DNA of 44,460 nucleotides from Toensbergia leucococca (Eukaryota): NCBI GenBank assembly GCA_022813965.1, contig JALDZS010000190.1, positions 1 to 44,460 of the forward strand, read 5' to 3'. Shown piece by piece: positions 23,001 to 36,833 of this stretch (position 1 is its first letter; each line of letters starts with the position of its first letter). The notes under the pieces were generated by a model. It saw only the letters and a program-made list of their open reading frames with translations, ran no database searches and was not told where the DNA came from. The position numbers and the translations under genes were made by a program.

Positions 23001-23976
23001 CAACGTTCCCAGTCCATGTCGAAGAAAGGTTTGCGAAACACGAATTCATTAGTTCTTGTATCTGGTACCATGGTTGGGAGGAGATGCTGGCAGCAATGGC
23101 ACTCTCCATGGCGTTGTATGCCGAGCAGGCTAATGTGACAGTCTCTGTCCCCTCGGCAGTGAAGGAGGTTGTACCGGAAGGGACGACTTCGCCACTGTAG
23201 GGATTGTAAACCGTCTTACCGTAGGCAGAAACGTTATATTGGGTGGAGCAATCGACGAAACCCTCGGCTGCCGATTCTGAGGATAAGACGGATTCGCTAC
23301 TCGCTCGTGCACGATATGACGCTATGCCCGTGGCAAGAGAGATCAAGGCATCTTGAGAACTCGTTGGAAGAGCAAAGAAGGAGGAGCAAGCTAGAGTTGT
23401 TGTTGTATAAATGTCCACCGAGGAAGTCGTCGGTACCGGTGAATCAAAGACAGCGTACATAAGGAATGAGGTTGAACCGGTCTGATCAGCGGTATTACAT
23501 CCTGGGGTTGCAGTGATTGATGAGGGGGCAGTAGTGGAGGCGGCTATGTTTGGTGATGCTGTCTTTGCTGCCGCTTCTGATGCTGATGCTGCTGCTGCCT
23601 CTGATGAGGCTTCCTCTTGGGAATAGTATGATTGAGCATGGGAAACAAAGACGGAGCATGGCACAGGTATCACAACGTTGGAACCGCTTTCCGACTGGTC
23701 GATGGTCGTGTAGCCGGTTTGATTCAACGGCCCAGATAGATCGCATCTTGTGAGGAACTCGGAGCTATCCAATGTGGATGAGCTATTTCCTTGAGCAGAG
23801 TAGTAAGAATTAGCTCAGATGCATTCAAGTGAGTTGGAGTAAAAATTGGCCAAACTGGTCAAGCAATGCGATTAGATGTAGGGAGATGCGATGGACTAAC
23901 CGCTGGTATACTGCGAATTAACGATAGCACACAGTAGGAAGATGAGAAGTCGGGCAGCGCTTGCCTTGGAGCCCAT
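20066..23976 (-). CDS. Large Ser/Thr/Gly-rich cell-surface glycoprotein, probably GPI-anchored (adhesin/mucin-like), 3 exons
   Basis: Signal exon MGSKASAARLLIFLLCAIVNS (23976-23901), introns at ~23900-23790 and ~22561-22509, Cys-containing N-region (SPQC, CCGPC, DYCG), Pro/Ser linker, beta-type repeats and a C-terminal GPI-like signal (PFTGGAS...AMVAVLAVFCIHFVILILG). Confidence 0.88.
20200..21475 (-). repeat. Coding repeat of ~50-60 aa, about 7 copies (GxTLSxNPTAxxIxGTTLxxGGPGxTxSGTPVSLGxSGLVVGSS)
   Basis: Visible in the translation of ORF 20066-22462; two copies (SIVIGGETLSPNPTAFSIDGTTLSQGGPGITLSG) are identical over this stretch. Confidence 0.85.
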
Positions 23977-25245
23977 GACTCTGAATGGAACGAAAAAGAC
24001 TGAAAACAAAACGCGCACGCGGACTGCAAGAAGAGGATGCAGAAGCAGAAAAGGAAGAAGTTGAACTTGCCGTTGCCTAGAACGAGGCACAGTACCTAAG
24101 CTCCTAAGGTACCTCGGTATCCGTACCTACCTAGTAGTTGAATTCAGCCAGTGAGGAGTCGACGGGGCGGCAAAGGATGTTGGTGGACAACTAGAATCCT
24201 TTAGCCTCCATGTACGTAATTAGACCAGCCTAAATGCGAGACAGGGTACAAGGCACAAACAAGCTTGTCTGATTTGGAAGCCAAAAGGCTTTATCCCTCC
24301 TGACCTAGACCATAATTGATATGAAGGAGAAGAAGACATTGTAGCCTCGAGATACTCCTGACGTAGCGCAAGATACCGTGAGGAGTTGAAGGCTTGGTAG
24401 CGAGTAGTCGAATTTATATTACTCTTAGGGTTGAATGTCGCGTGCAGATTATGGAGAGTCAAAGTCTACCTACCTTACCTTAAGAGCCAAGAGCCAGGGC
24501 TTCGCTAGTCCCTGACTAAACAAAGTTAAATCGTCTCAGCCGCAGCGGGGAAAGCTTGATACCGATACCGACGCCGACGCCGACGACGCCGATAATCACC
24601 TCCCCCTTTAAATGTACCTATTGAGACTTGAGAGCTAGTGATTTCCACTGTCACAAATTGCTCGAGTGTCCTTCTTATCTTCTCAAAGTCGGCGGTATCT
24701 ATTCGTTCTTTTTGCTCTTCACTCAGGAACAGCGGCATTAACATGGTATTGTTGAGCCTATCTCTTGCATTGTTTGCAGTTGCTTGAGCGGATGTAATTG
24801 AGATTCTGGAAATGTGTGAGAAGAAAAAAGGAAACGTGAAGAGTGGTGGGATTGAATCAAACCATTTGTGGAATATGCCATTTTTAGTGTCGACCATGGT
24901 CAGAAATCTAGCCTTGTCTTGGTCCGAGTTCTACTCAACATGCAAATAATGGCGAGTTTTGTTGATTTAGCTAGGGGTTCAATGTTTTCCTTTCAAAATC
25001 ACGAAGCGTACCACATAGGTCCGCCTATCTACTACTCGGTGCAAATCTCATGCTTATCCACCTTGCGTCCTTTCATGCGCCGTTTCAAATTCATTGACGT
25101 GCTCGGCGCTACCCTTTTTTTTTTTGCGACGTATTCGACTTCTTTGATCTGTTCAACCCGAAAAAATCCAGACGCCCTTGAGCCATCTCATAATGATACG
25201 ACCCTAACTTGCCAGTGGGCTCGGGATCGAACATGAGAACCAAAT

Positions 25246-26115
25246 ATGATTTCTATCCTGATAGCCGGCTTTCTCTGCTTGGTGCCTGTGTGCTCCTCTC
25301 CTCCGCTCCAATCGCTTGAGGTGCGAGATATGTAAGGCTCTCCCCTACGAAATCGAGTTGAACCAGCTGACAATCTTGTTAGTACCGAATCAGACGTGAC
25401 TTTTATGCACTATCATCACGACACCGCTCTTTCCAAGCGCGATGCCCGCCGGGTTTTAAATCGATGCCCCCCTCCCTATGTAGGGTATTACTTTTGGACC
25501 TCTTTATGCCTGTGGGGTCAAACACCAATGGCCGATTATCGCGTCGAGAGCGTCAATCCTCAAAAATACAAGATTCTTTGTTTCCAATACGCGTCAACAG
25601 TAAGCGGCGAAACTTTCCCATTTGGAGATAGCCATTGGATATATGAGGAATGCCTTCCCAGCGAAATCTGTGTGCATATGCCTGTCTGGGACTATCCACC
25701 GGGCCAGCTCACTCCCGATGGTCATGGTTCGATTGCGCTTGCGAGTTGCGTCAGTACTGACAATTACCGCAAAATCGCCGCAGTGCTCAGTGGAAAGGAG
25801 TTTGGCAATATTCAAGTTTCCACCAGCGCTCCGGGAGGGAACCAAAAGGTATTGGTCGATGTCTTGTTAACGGGCCCGACGATAAATACGACCGCTGTCG
25901 CCCAGAATATGAAATTGACGGCATTAACTCAATTGTCTACCACTCACCACTTTCCGCATTATGGATCGCTGCCAGGTGGGTCATGGCTTTGTGCGGATTG
26001 CTTCAACCTGGGGCCATATATACTTCCCCAAGCGACGAACCTATTATCGGCATCTGTGACCCTGGCAGGCGGAGCGGCGGCTGTGCTTTACGTGACAACG
26101 TTCATGTCAGCGTAG
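25246..26115 (+). CDS. Secreted effector-like protein with Kex2 pro-domain and FOLD/SIX6-like cysteine spacing
   Basis: Signal exon MISILIAGFLCLVPVCS (25246-25331); intron 25332-25382 (GTAAGG..CTGAC..TAG) joins ORF 25396-26115 in frame; LSKR site; CP..SLC..ILC..CLPSEICV..ASCV and later CADC. Confidence 0.82.
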
Positions 26116-26723
26116 CTAGAGTATAGAGAGAGGCATTGCGACGGGTTGCTCTTAGACTTGGATCATATTTGCTTGATGCAGGCTGTGGATGGGTAGTGAA
26201 ACCCGGCCTTTTCCTACAAGAGAGGTAGGGAAGAGAACAAAGCGATCGGATGCTAGAGCATATTTTCCACCAGGTATCACAAGCAGCATGCGAGAAGCCT
26301 TTATGTGATAGCAATCAGTGGACTAGGGGCTAATTGAATCAAGAATGCCGATCGATAGGCTTTAGACCCTCTCTACATCCTCTCCATCATGTCCCTGGAC
26401 AGGCTACCTCGCGCCTTTCTCCCATTACCGTATCCCAAAGCGTAACGGCCTGAGAGGATCAGCTCTGGCTTCCCGTCTACTTCAGAAGGTAGCAGATTTC
26501 GCTTGTCCTACACCTCGTTGACGCTGTCGCCGAGCTTCATCCAAGCCTTTTGTGATACCCTCCTGACCCAGCACACCTCTTCGATATCCTCTCTGTTCTA
26601 TTCCCGACAAGCTGCCAAGTCGCCGATTCAGCATAGAGCTCGCAACCGACGATCAAACTCAGAACGCAGCTCTAGACTCACTCAATTTTCAAATGTCTAC
26701 CATTCGTCTCTTGGGGTTTCGTT

Positions 26724-27341
26724 TTGCACTCTAGATTTCATCAGGCCCTCGCATTCCTGACATCTTGCTTGATATTCCTGCTTTTGTATGGCCTTTGCTA
26801 TATTGAATTTGACACGGCGATTCAGATGCTTGACCATCAAATTTGGACTTTTGCTCCAGCCCTATTCTCCATACCAGCATTTGTATATAATAGTGTGAAT
26901 GTCAATTTCGTTCACTTTCAGGAACTCCCTCTCCTGGAGAAGTCTAACGACCTCTCTGCTACGATCCTCTTCAAACCACTCATTACCCTCGGGTCACCAC
27001 TTCATCCTCCTCGCACTCACCGAGCGCGTCAATAAAGTTGTACATTGGCTTTGCTTACATCTCTAAAGTTGACATTTCTAGTATTTGCCACGTCGCTCTC
27101 TCGCCTTGACACCATTTCTCCCTCTGCAGAAGACGAGGCAGGAATTGCTCCATCAAGGATCTCATGGATTGTGCAAAAGTTAGAATGGCAAGGTCCAATA
27201 AAGACCAAAAGGAGAATTCTCCCAATTCGCCTCGCGAAAGTTGAAGAAAGAAGAAATTACCTTCCGTCACTGGCTTCCTGTCTCCCTCCTGCCCAAAACG
27301 CCTCAATCAACACGAATCTACCAGACCCCGACACTGTTTGA
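26724..27341 (+). pseudogene. Possible degraded gene fragment
   Basis: Two consecutive same-frame ORFs separated by a single TAA; partly hydrophobic; no family recognised. Confidence 0.25.
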
Positions 27342-27930
27342 ATCCAGAGTCGACCACATGATCCGAGACCACTGCAAGAACCGAGAGAAGATCTCAATCT
27401 ACTGAATCAATGACACCAAGTGCCTTCGCCAGGATGAGAACGTACAAAGTCTTCACCCTAGCACCTAGACGCGTCTAGACCCTGTAGGGGCGTACAAAAG
27501 CTCACGTAGCTTAATGCCACGTCCATATTACCTACTCAATGGCATCGGCGGGATGAGCCTAGGCAAAGCTAGCAGCTTCTCTTATGTCGGCACCGATAGC
27601 TTGAAGGATTCGAACGACATGGTAAGGCTCAAGACAGCAAGCTGTGGCCGGAAATGTGGTTGGAAAGCAGCTGGTAGATCGAAGAGTGTACCAGGAACGT
27701 CAGCTTCATTTCAGATCAAGGCATCTGCTTCCAGGTTGATGTCCGGATCTGGAACGGGAAGAAGATAGTCCTTCATCCCTTCATACGGGTATTCAGCCAT
27801 TGTATTGTTAGATATGGAAAGGATTGTAGATTCCTCTGCTTATCATGAGTTGTACTCCACATGAATTGAGGATCATTCTAGCTGCATAAAAGAGTACAGA
27901 AGCCAATATACATCTACACGTCAAGAGTGC

Positions 27931-30213
<2,283 letters not shown>

Positions 30214-31089
30214 TCAGTTTGTTTATTGATGTTGTGATGGTGAGAAAAATAAGACTCAGATACTCTTGGGACTAAGGTAAGTAATCTTCCGGACACAGCG
30301 CATTTTAGAGTAAATGAGAGTCCGAGGTGACATCAACTCCGGAGAATGGGAGAGTGCGGGGTAGATTCGACTCATGCCCTAGCCCTAATCCATTGGGTTT
30401 GAGTTCTAATCTACCTACCGACATACTTCCTTCCTAGGTACTTCCCACTTCGTGTACTTGAACCTACCTACTCTAGGCAATCTTATCCATTTCCATTCCT
30501 GCGCACCGCCTGATACGACTGCTCGTCGTCCGAGTCAGAGTCGCTGGGTCCCTTGCTCTGGAGTGCCCGTAAGACCATGACGCCCGATATCGGGTGGTAA
30601 GGCTTTAAGAAGCTGTGTAAGCTACGAATACTGATACTCAAAGGCCCCAATCGATGAGCATGGGCAGGAAGATGTAAAGATATGCACCAAGACAGTGATA
30701 TCACCCAGTCCTACTTGCTCATAAAGTAATCATCAAGCACGGAATAGGTAGAGTCGTACTCAGTAGAGAAGTCGCAGTAGAGGTTCTGGGGAATCGTCCC
30801 AGCCACCACGCCAAGAGCGCAGCCACCGGTGAAATGGAATGATCCAACCACCGGCGACCGAAACACCAACAGCTTCTCTCTCTTTTGGTTCTCAAACCTT
30901 CTTCTCCTTTTCTGTTCTTCTCAATGTCCAATGTGCCATAGATCATCTTTTGTCTGAAAAGAGAAGAGAGAAGAGAGAAGACAAGAAGCCTGGGGATTCA
31001 TACTCTAGTTCTACCTCGGTCTGAAAAGTCCGTGCACTTATCGATAAGCAGTACTCTGTCATTGTATTCTACGGCGAACCTTTGGGCCT

Positions 31090-32748
31090 ATGATGCAGCT
31101 GAATCGCGTTTCCACATTCCTTTCACCCTCACCACCTCCACCAGCCTCACTCCCACGTCTGCAAACAACCACTTCCGGGCAGGCACCATCTTCATATACC
31201 GCAAACCCCCCAGTGGTGTCCATGTTCGACTTTTTATCCTCGTCAGATTGTCGCAATCCTTCAGCTTCTTTACCACCACAGCATTTGATCATTCCTCATT
31301 CGACGGCACGAGACAATGACTTTCACCCAATTATTTTAGTACCTTCACCCACTCAACCATCTCTCTCATCCAACGATTTTGGCAATCATCTGCCTGTTCT
31401 CTACCGAAATCGCCCGGCCACCACACTTCCTCCTCTCGTCCCCCAATCTGCCAATACGACCTCCTCCTCTGCCCCTCGTCTTTCCTCTTCGCCTACCAGA
31501 TCAACCAACTCGAAGTCTTCGCCTCAATCCTCGTGTCTACCATCACCTACTAAAGAGCGACGTCTATTCATGACGACGCTCACTGGAGATAAGCCTGCCG
31601 AAGTCAAGGTCGAGGAACAAGGTGGAAAGCTCGCAGGCTGGTTCAAAGGCGAATCCGAGGCTGTGAATATCAGTATCTTGCCATCGCCAACCAAAGAAAA
31701 GGCGGACCCAATGGAAGTTCTATCCAAACACTCGACCATTCGGCCAGCCAGCAACGTGAGAGCGAGGCCTCTATCCCAAGCGCCCGTGGCGCCCACATTG
31801 ACACCAACACGCCGCTTTTCCTTCTTTGGAGCCAAGGTTGCATCTCCCAAGCTTCCGGTACATCGTCCTTTTCTCGACGATGAGCTTCTTGATCTCGACA
31901 TTCATTCCGCCTTGCTTCCAGCAGGTCCACCAGATATCGTCACTCCTGCTTCTTTCAAGACTCTGTTACACAACGCTGAAAGTGTACTCTCAAGACTACA
32001 AGCAGTGTGTAGACAGCGGACGATATCCCTTGAGGATATGACTGTGGAGACGGAAACTCAGACGGAGGAGTTGAAAGGTGCCGACACTCGGGCGAGACAT
32101 CTCAAGATGCAACTGGACGATATGGCAGCGGAGGTGCTTGAACAGAACAAAGCGATGATGAATCTCGTTGACGAGTTGGCCAAGGAAAAAGAGTTGCGGC
32201 GGCAAGAGGATGATGCGAGGAAGAGAAGCGTCATGCTAGTGAAGAGCTCGAGGGTTGATAGTATGTCGAAGAATGGTTCACGCAAGAGTAGATGCAGCCT
32301 GGCGAGCGATTCGGGCTTTGAATCCGAAGAGGATAGCTTCACTGACAGTGTCTTTACGACGCAACAAGGAGCGACGTCTCCGACACGGACCCTGTCATCA
32401 GCATCGAGCACACACTCTCCAGAGACGTATCATCATTTCCAAGTCCCGGCCCTCCCTACCAAGATGCAAGGAGCGCGAAACCGGCCTATCACAAATGCTC
32501 CACTTTCGTCAACGTACCAACGCCTTATGAAGGAGTCTTCCATGCCCGATGGTTTCAATTTCCCACCTCTAGGAAGCGAGGAACCTCTGCGATGGAGTTG
32601 TGCTAATTGTTCGGGAATCAAGGCATCAGAAGCTTTTAGCGTTGTGGGGGTTTTGAAAGAAGAGAATAAGGTTCTCAAGCAGCGGGTTGGGCAGATGGAG
32701 AGCGCACTTGATGGATGTCTCGAGCTGGTGGATAAGTTGGGATTGTGA
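31090..32748 (+). CDS. Uncharacterised Ser/Pro-rich coiled-coil protein
   Basis: 552-aa ORF with a central coiled coil (RARHLKMQLDDMA), SDSGFES, and C-terminal CANC plus LKEENKVLKQRVGQMESALDGCL; true start uncertain. Confidence 0.85.
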   Translation: MMQLNRVSTFLSPSPPPPASLPRLQTTTSGQAPSSYTANPPVVSMFDFLSSSDCRNPSASLPPQHLIIPHSTARDNDFHPIILVPSPTQPSLSSNDFGNHLPVLYRNRPATTLPPLVPQSANTTSSSAPRLSSSPTRSTNSKSSPQSSCLPSPTKERRLFMTTLTGDKPAEVKVEEQGGKLAGWFKGESEAVNISILPSPTKEKADPMEVLSKHSTIRPASNVRARPLSQAPVAPTLTPTRRFSFFGAKVASPKLPVHRPFLDDELLDLDIHSALLPAGPPDIVTPASFKTLLHNAESVLSRLQAVCRQRTISLEDMTVETETQTEELKGADTRARHLKMQLDDMAAEVLEQNKAMMNLVDELAKEKELRRQEDDARKRSVMLVKSSRVDSMSKNGSRKSRCSLASDSGFESEEDSFTDSVFTTQQGATSPTRTLSSASSTHSPETYHHFQVPALPTKMQGARNRPITNAPLSSTYQRLMKESSMPDGFNFPPLGSEEPLRWSCANCSGIKASEAFSVVGVLKEENKVLKQRVGQMESALDGCLELVDKLGL

Positions 32749-33529
32749 TAGCATTTATGTTCTTAAACTGTATGTACAGCGTGAAGTGACGAAGCATTGT
32801 AGCATTTGGCCAAGAGGGCGGGGGGCGGGTTTTCGACTCGTGAAAGTGGCATGATGGCTGTGGCAGTAAGGATCAGAAAGACCGTGTGTACATTTGCATA
32901 TGTTCATCGAGACATGGGGTTATTAGCAAGAGACTTCAAAGCATATTGCAATACAATCAATTTCAGAAAATTGATTCCTTTTCCCTTTCCCCTTTTCCCT
33001 TTTCCCCTTTCTTTGCTGGAGTCCTCGAGCTTGGCGAATAAAGACTCCTCGACTCTTCGAGAATTTCTTGGTCCAACACACAAAACACAAATGTAATTTA
33101 TTAAATCCAGTGCGTTTGTTCCATCTAGTACCTTGTATACCTTATCATCTCCCCAAAAGCCAATTGGCTTGAGCGGTCAATGGCGCTTCTTCCCAGCCAC
33201 ATTTGTTTTCATGCACTGCGCCAGCTTCAACATCATCGCCACCATGGCTGACGCTTTTGACTCATTCTCACTCTCATTCATCCTTTATAGCTATCAAGCT
33301 ACCTTACCCTCTCTTTCTCTCTTTCAGCGAAAATTGAATACACAGAAGTTCAGTTCGTCAAGATCATAACGCGTTCATGTTCTCTACAATATCGATGTTG
33401 TTGATTGTTCACTCACTTTTCACACTATTGTCATTTAACTCGAAATTCGCAAAGCATCACTCATACCTATCCTTACAAATTCCTCAGATATCAACTTTTT
33501 CAATCTAGAATCATTGTTCATCCTCGAAT

Positions 33530-35023
33530 ATGCCCTTCATCCCCCACACCCCCGAAACCCTCCTCCCCCGCTCCGATTCCAAAAACCCTGCCACAACCTG
33601 CAAAGCGATCACCTCCACCGGCCGCCCCTGCCGCCGCTCCCTCGCAGTATCCCCCAACTCATCACCCAAATTCGTCTCCTCAGCCAAAGAAGGAGTCCTA
33701 GCAGTCTTGCTCGCGGAAAATGACGCCCCTGAGAGCGCCGCTGCATTTTTCTGCTGGCAGCATAAAGATCAAGCGGCTAGCTTGATCGGTGAGGCCGCTG
33801 AAGGAAGGAGGACGGCTGTTGTACAATTGAAGGAAAGGACTAGTATTGATACTTTGGCCGAGCGGATCGGCCTGCTCGATGTTCGTGAGAGCGGGGAGGG
33901 GCCGAAGGGGGCAAATCCGAAGGAGAGATCGAGGCCGGTGAGGAGAGACAAATTGCCTCGAAAATGGCAAGACGTGCCTGGACCATTGCTAGTAGTGCCG
34001 GAAGGCAGGTCCTCGGCCTATGAACGCCCGACAGGTGTGCCTAAAAAGCAACAGAGGGGGGAGTCAAATCTTCTGCTCTCGCTCTTTTGTTGCGTCAGGG
34101 CTGCCGAACCCGAGTATATGCCACCAGCTCGAGTTCACACCCATACGAAACACGCGAACACGCCGTCCGAAATGGCGAGAATCTCGCATTCTCCCCATCG
34201 ACAGCCGAGGCCATCTACACTAAACCCACCAAACCCTCAAACACCACCAATAACCAAACACCCATCCACCCCATTCACACGCCCTCCCTCTCAAACCCAA
34301 GCCCTTCTTTCCCTGATCCCCTCAAACTTGTCCCCACACACAACATCACTCCTTCTATCCGAGCTCTCCAAACCCCTCTCCCCCACCTCCGACCCAGGCT
34401 ACATCTACATATTCCACCTAACGCCCACGACCAACACCCCTCAATCAACCCAACCATCCCCAACCACCCATCTCTCCACGCCCCCAAAAACGCCCCACCA
34501 AAACATCCGCACCAGCTTCCTCCTCCAAAACCCCAACAACGCCACTCCCTCCTCATCCCCTCGCACGACAAACAGAGATAGACAAGTCTCAAGCGACAAC
34601 AACACAACAATCCTCCTCAAAATCGGCCGCGCCTCAAACGTCCAAAGGCGCCTAAACGAATGGTCCCGCCAATGCAACCACGATCTGCATCTCCTCCGCT
34701 ACTACCCCTACATCCCCACCTCTTCATCCCCCATTCCCTCTCCCTCCCCTTTCCTCTCCCCCTCCTTCCCACACACACCCATTCTCCCCACCACCTCCTC
34801 CTCTTCTCCCTCCTCTCCTCTCCCAAGGAAAGTCTCTCACGTATCCCGCGTGGAGAGATTAATTCATATCGAGCTAGCGGAGATGAGGGTGAAGAGGGAT
34901 TGCGAGCAGTGCGGGCGGGAGCATCGGGAGTGGTTTGAGGTGGCGGGGGATCGGAACGGGGTGGGGGCTGTGGATGCGGTTGTTCGGAGGTGGGTGGCGT
35001 GGGGGGAGAGGGCGGGGACGTGA
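33530..35023 (+). CDS. T5orf172 / MUG113 (DUF1766, GIY-YIG-like) domain protein
   Basis: 497 aa; GYIYIF...LLKIGRASNVQRRLNEWSRQC...VERLIHIEL..CEQCGREHREWF; N-terminal CKAITSTGRPCRR...FCWQH. Confidence 0.9.
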   Translation: MPFIPHTPETLLPRSDSKNPATTCKAITSTGRPCRRSLAVSPNSSPKFVSSAKEGVLAVLLAENDAPESAAAFFCWQHKDQAASLIGEAAEGRRTAVVQLKERTSIDTLAERIGLLDVRESGEGPKGANPKERSRPVRRDKLPRKWQDVPGPLLVVPEGRSSAYERPTGVPKKQQRGESNLLLSLFCCVRAAEPEYMPPARVHTHTKHANTPSEMARISHSPHRQPRPSTLNPPNPQTPPITKHPSTPFTRPPSQTQALLSLIPSNLSPHTTSLLLSELSKPLSPTSDPGYIYIFHLTPTTNTPQSTQPSPTTHLSTPPKTPHQNIRTSFLLQNPNNATPSSSPRTTNRDRQVSSDNNTTILLKIGRASNVQRRLNEWSRQCNHDLHLLRYYPYIPTSSSPIPSPSPFLSPSFPHTPILPTTSSSSPSSPLPRKVSHVSRVERLIHIELAEMRVKRDCEQCGREHREWFEVAGDRNGVGAVDAVVRRWVAWGERAGT

Positions 35024-35624
35024 GGGGGAGGGGGTGATTTTGGGGATGGCGGGTGTGGGGTTTCTTGGGATTGGGACTGGCTTTAGGTTAGGGATTGGGG
35101 GTTTTTGGGAGAGGGGTTTTATGGGGAATGTTTTTGTTGTGATTGTGCATGAACTCTTGGTACATAGGAGATATACCTACGTAAAGAATGACTGGTAACT
35201 ATCATGGTTTGCTTGATATGTGGAGGTAACTTGAATGTAGTATGATCTCTTGACCAATGGTAAGGTATTTATACGTCTAGAGTAAGTGTCAAAAAATGAT
35301 CTCTACAACCCATCCCCGTGATCACTCCTATGATATGCCTCACCGCTCAATCAGAGCCTCAACTTATGATAGGTTTTCATATATTATCCATACTGTTTGG
35401 AAAGATGTTCCAGCAGTATGAAAGATCATAGGGTATGGCTTGGTGAGAACTAACTGTGGCTGTCAGAAACTCTCCGCGAAAATAAGACGGCGAAACATAA
35501 GGAAACTAACCAAATCCACAAAACCAGAATCGATGATACACTCCACCATCTATCTCAACGCAGCTGTATGCTCTGACAACGTCGCTGACTTCGCAGATTA
35601 TAGCCTGAATGCGTTTCAGCTCCC

Positions 35625-36434
35625 TTATTGAGTCTGGCTGGCTTTACGGAACAGATCACCGAGGATGTCTGGTGGTTGAGGGCTTTGGGGTGCTGGGGAG
35701 GGGCGCGATGGTACTTGCTGTTGGGCGTTGCGCTTGGAGGTGCGGAAGAACTCTGTGTCGGCTGAGAGAGCAAAGGGTGTCATCTTGGGAGGTGGTGTGC
35801 GTTGCTGGTGATACTGGGGCGTAGGCGACGGGGAGAGCGAAGACGGATGAGTAGTCGGATTTGGGTTTTTCTCGACGACTTGATGAGAGTCGCGTTGAGG
35901 TTGCGACGGCCTACTCATCTCCGCCCTAGCAGCACACTCCTGAATAATCTGCGCATTGACAGCTCTGGCCTCCGCAGTCGAAGAAGGCGCTGGTTCCGAA
36001 AAGATCCACAACCCATACACCTGCGGCTCGCCCTTGCGATCCGGCGACTGAATAATAACGTACTCCTCCGTCGTCTCCACATCATTCGCACTCCGCAGCT
36101 CGGCCCTGAAATTCTCCAGCCCATGCCGATTGAGCACTACGACCGAGTATCTCTCCGCACCGAAGTCGGTAAGTGCTAGTTGGCATACAAACATAGTGCC
36201 TTCGATGCCGCTCTTTTCCCATTGTTGTGAGGCAGGCGAGAAGATGTAGACGACGGCATAGGGAGCGAGGGAGAGGATGCTTAGGATAGCTGGGTCGTGG
36301 CGTTTCAGGACCGAGAGGTTGAGTTCCGCGTTGGAGCGTAGGGGGGGTGGGGGAGGAGGGGCGGTGAGAAGGTCGCTATCGTTGTCGGAAGGGAGGGGTT
36401 GAGGTTGGCGGGGTTTATCCTTGCGGGGAGTCAT
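35625..36434 (-). CDS. DCP1: mRNA decapping subunit Dcp1 (EVH1 domain)
   Basis: RSNAELNLSVLKRHDP..ILSLAPYAVVYIF...WEKSGIEGTMFVC...VLNRHGLENF...YGLWIF; likely start MTPRK at 36434. Confidence 0.92.
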   Translation of the reverse strand: MTPRKDKPRQPQPLPSDNDSDLLTAPPPPPPLRSNAELNLSVLKRHDPAILSILSLAPYAVVYIFSPASQQWEKSGIEGTMFVCQLALTDFGAERYSVVVLNRHGLENFRAELRSANDVETTEEYVIIQSPDRKGEPQVYGLWIFSEPAPSSTAEARAVNAQIIQECAARAEMSRPSQPQRDSHQVVEKNPNPTTHPSSLSPSPTPQYHQQRTPPPKMTPFALSADTEFFRTSKRNAQQQVPSRPSPAPQSPQPPDILGDLFRKASQTQ

Positions 36435-36833
36435 GATTGGGATTTGATGTGTTGGTCCTTGATCGGCCTGATGTAATTCTAGGTGTAGCTGGCGGCGGCG
36501 AGGAGTAGGTAGAAGGAAGAAGGAACGGAGCTTCGGAGAGTTATTTGACCGAAGCCCTATCATTTTCATTTCCTTGAATTCCTCCTGCATCATGGGGCGT
36601 CAGCATGTGGTGCTGCATGACATGAACTGCAAAACAAAGTCTCATTCCTACTGCAACGCCGTTGCCAACTTTTCCTGAGAAAAGGCTTCATCCACCAATC
36701 TCCAAACATTCGCCACGTCATTGACATGACATCATGCACCAATTGGTAAAAGCAGTGTAACAGCCAATTCAAGCTTGCTTCTTGCCGTCTCGAACCATGG
36801 AAAGCTGATGGTTTTTTTCGGGACTTTAACGCC
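36435..36833. promoter_or_regulatory. Probable bidirectional promoter between DCP1 and the inositol 5-phosphatase gene
   Basis: Head-to-head starts about 400 bp apart; inferred from layout only. Confidence 0.5.

Noticed and set aside
24526..24897. 123-aa ORF with poly-Arg
   Set aside because: The Arg run comes from a short (ccgacg/ccgata) microsatellite; no domain evidence.
25199..25210. ACCCTAAC as a telomerase RNA template or interstitial telomere (similar words at ~6279 and ~30377)
   Set aside because: Single short matches expected by chance; no supporting structure seen.
36435..36593. N-terminal extension of DCP1 in the ORF track
   Set aside because: Dcp1-like sequence begins at MTPRK (36434); the extension lies in the probable shared promoter/UTR.
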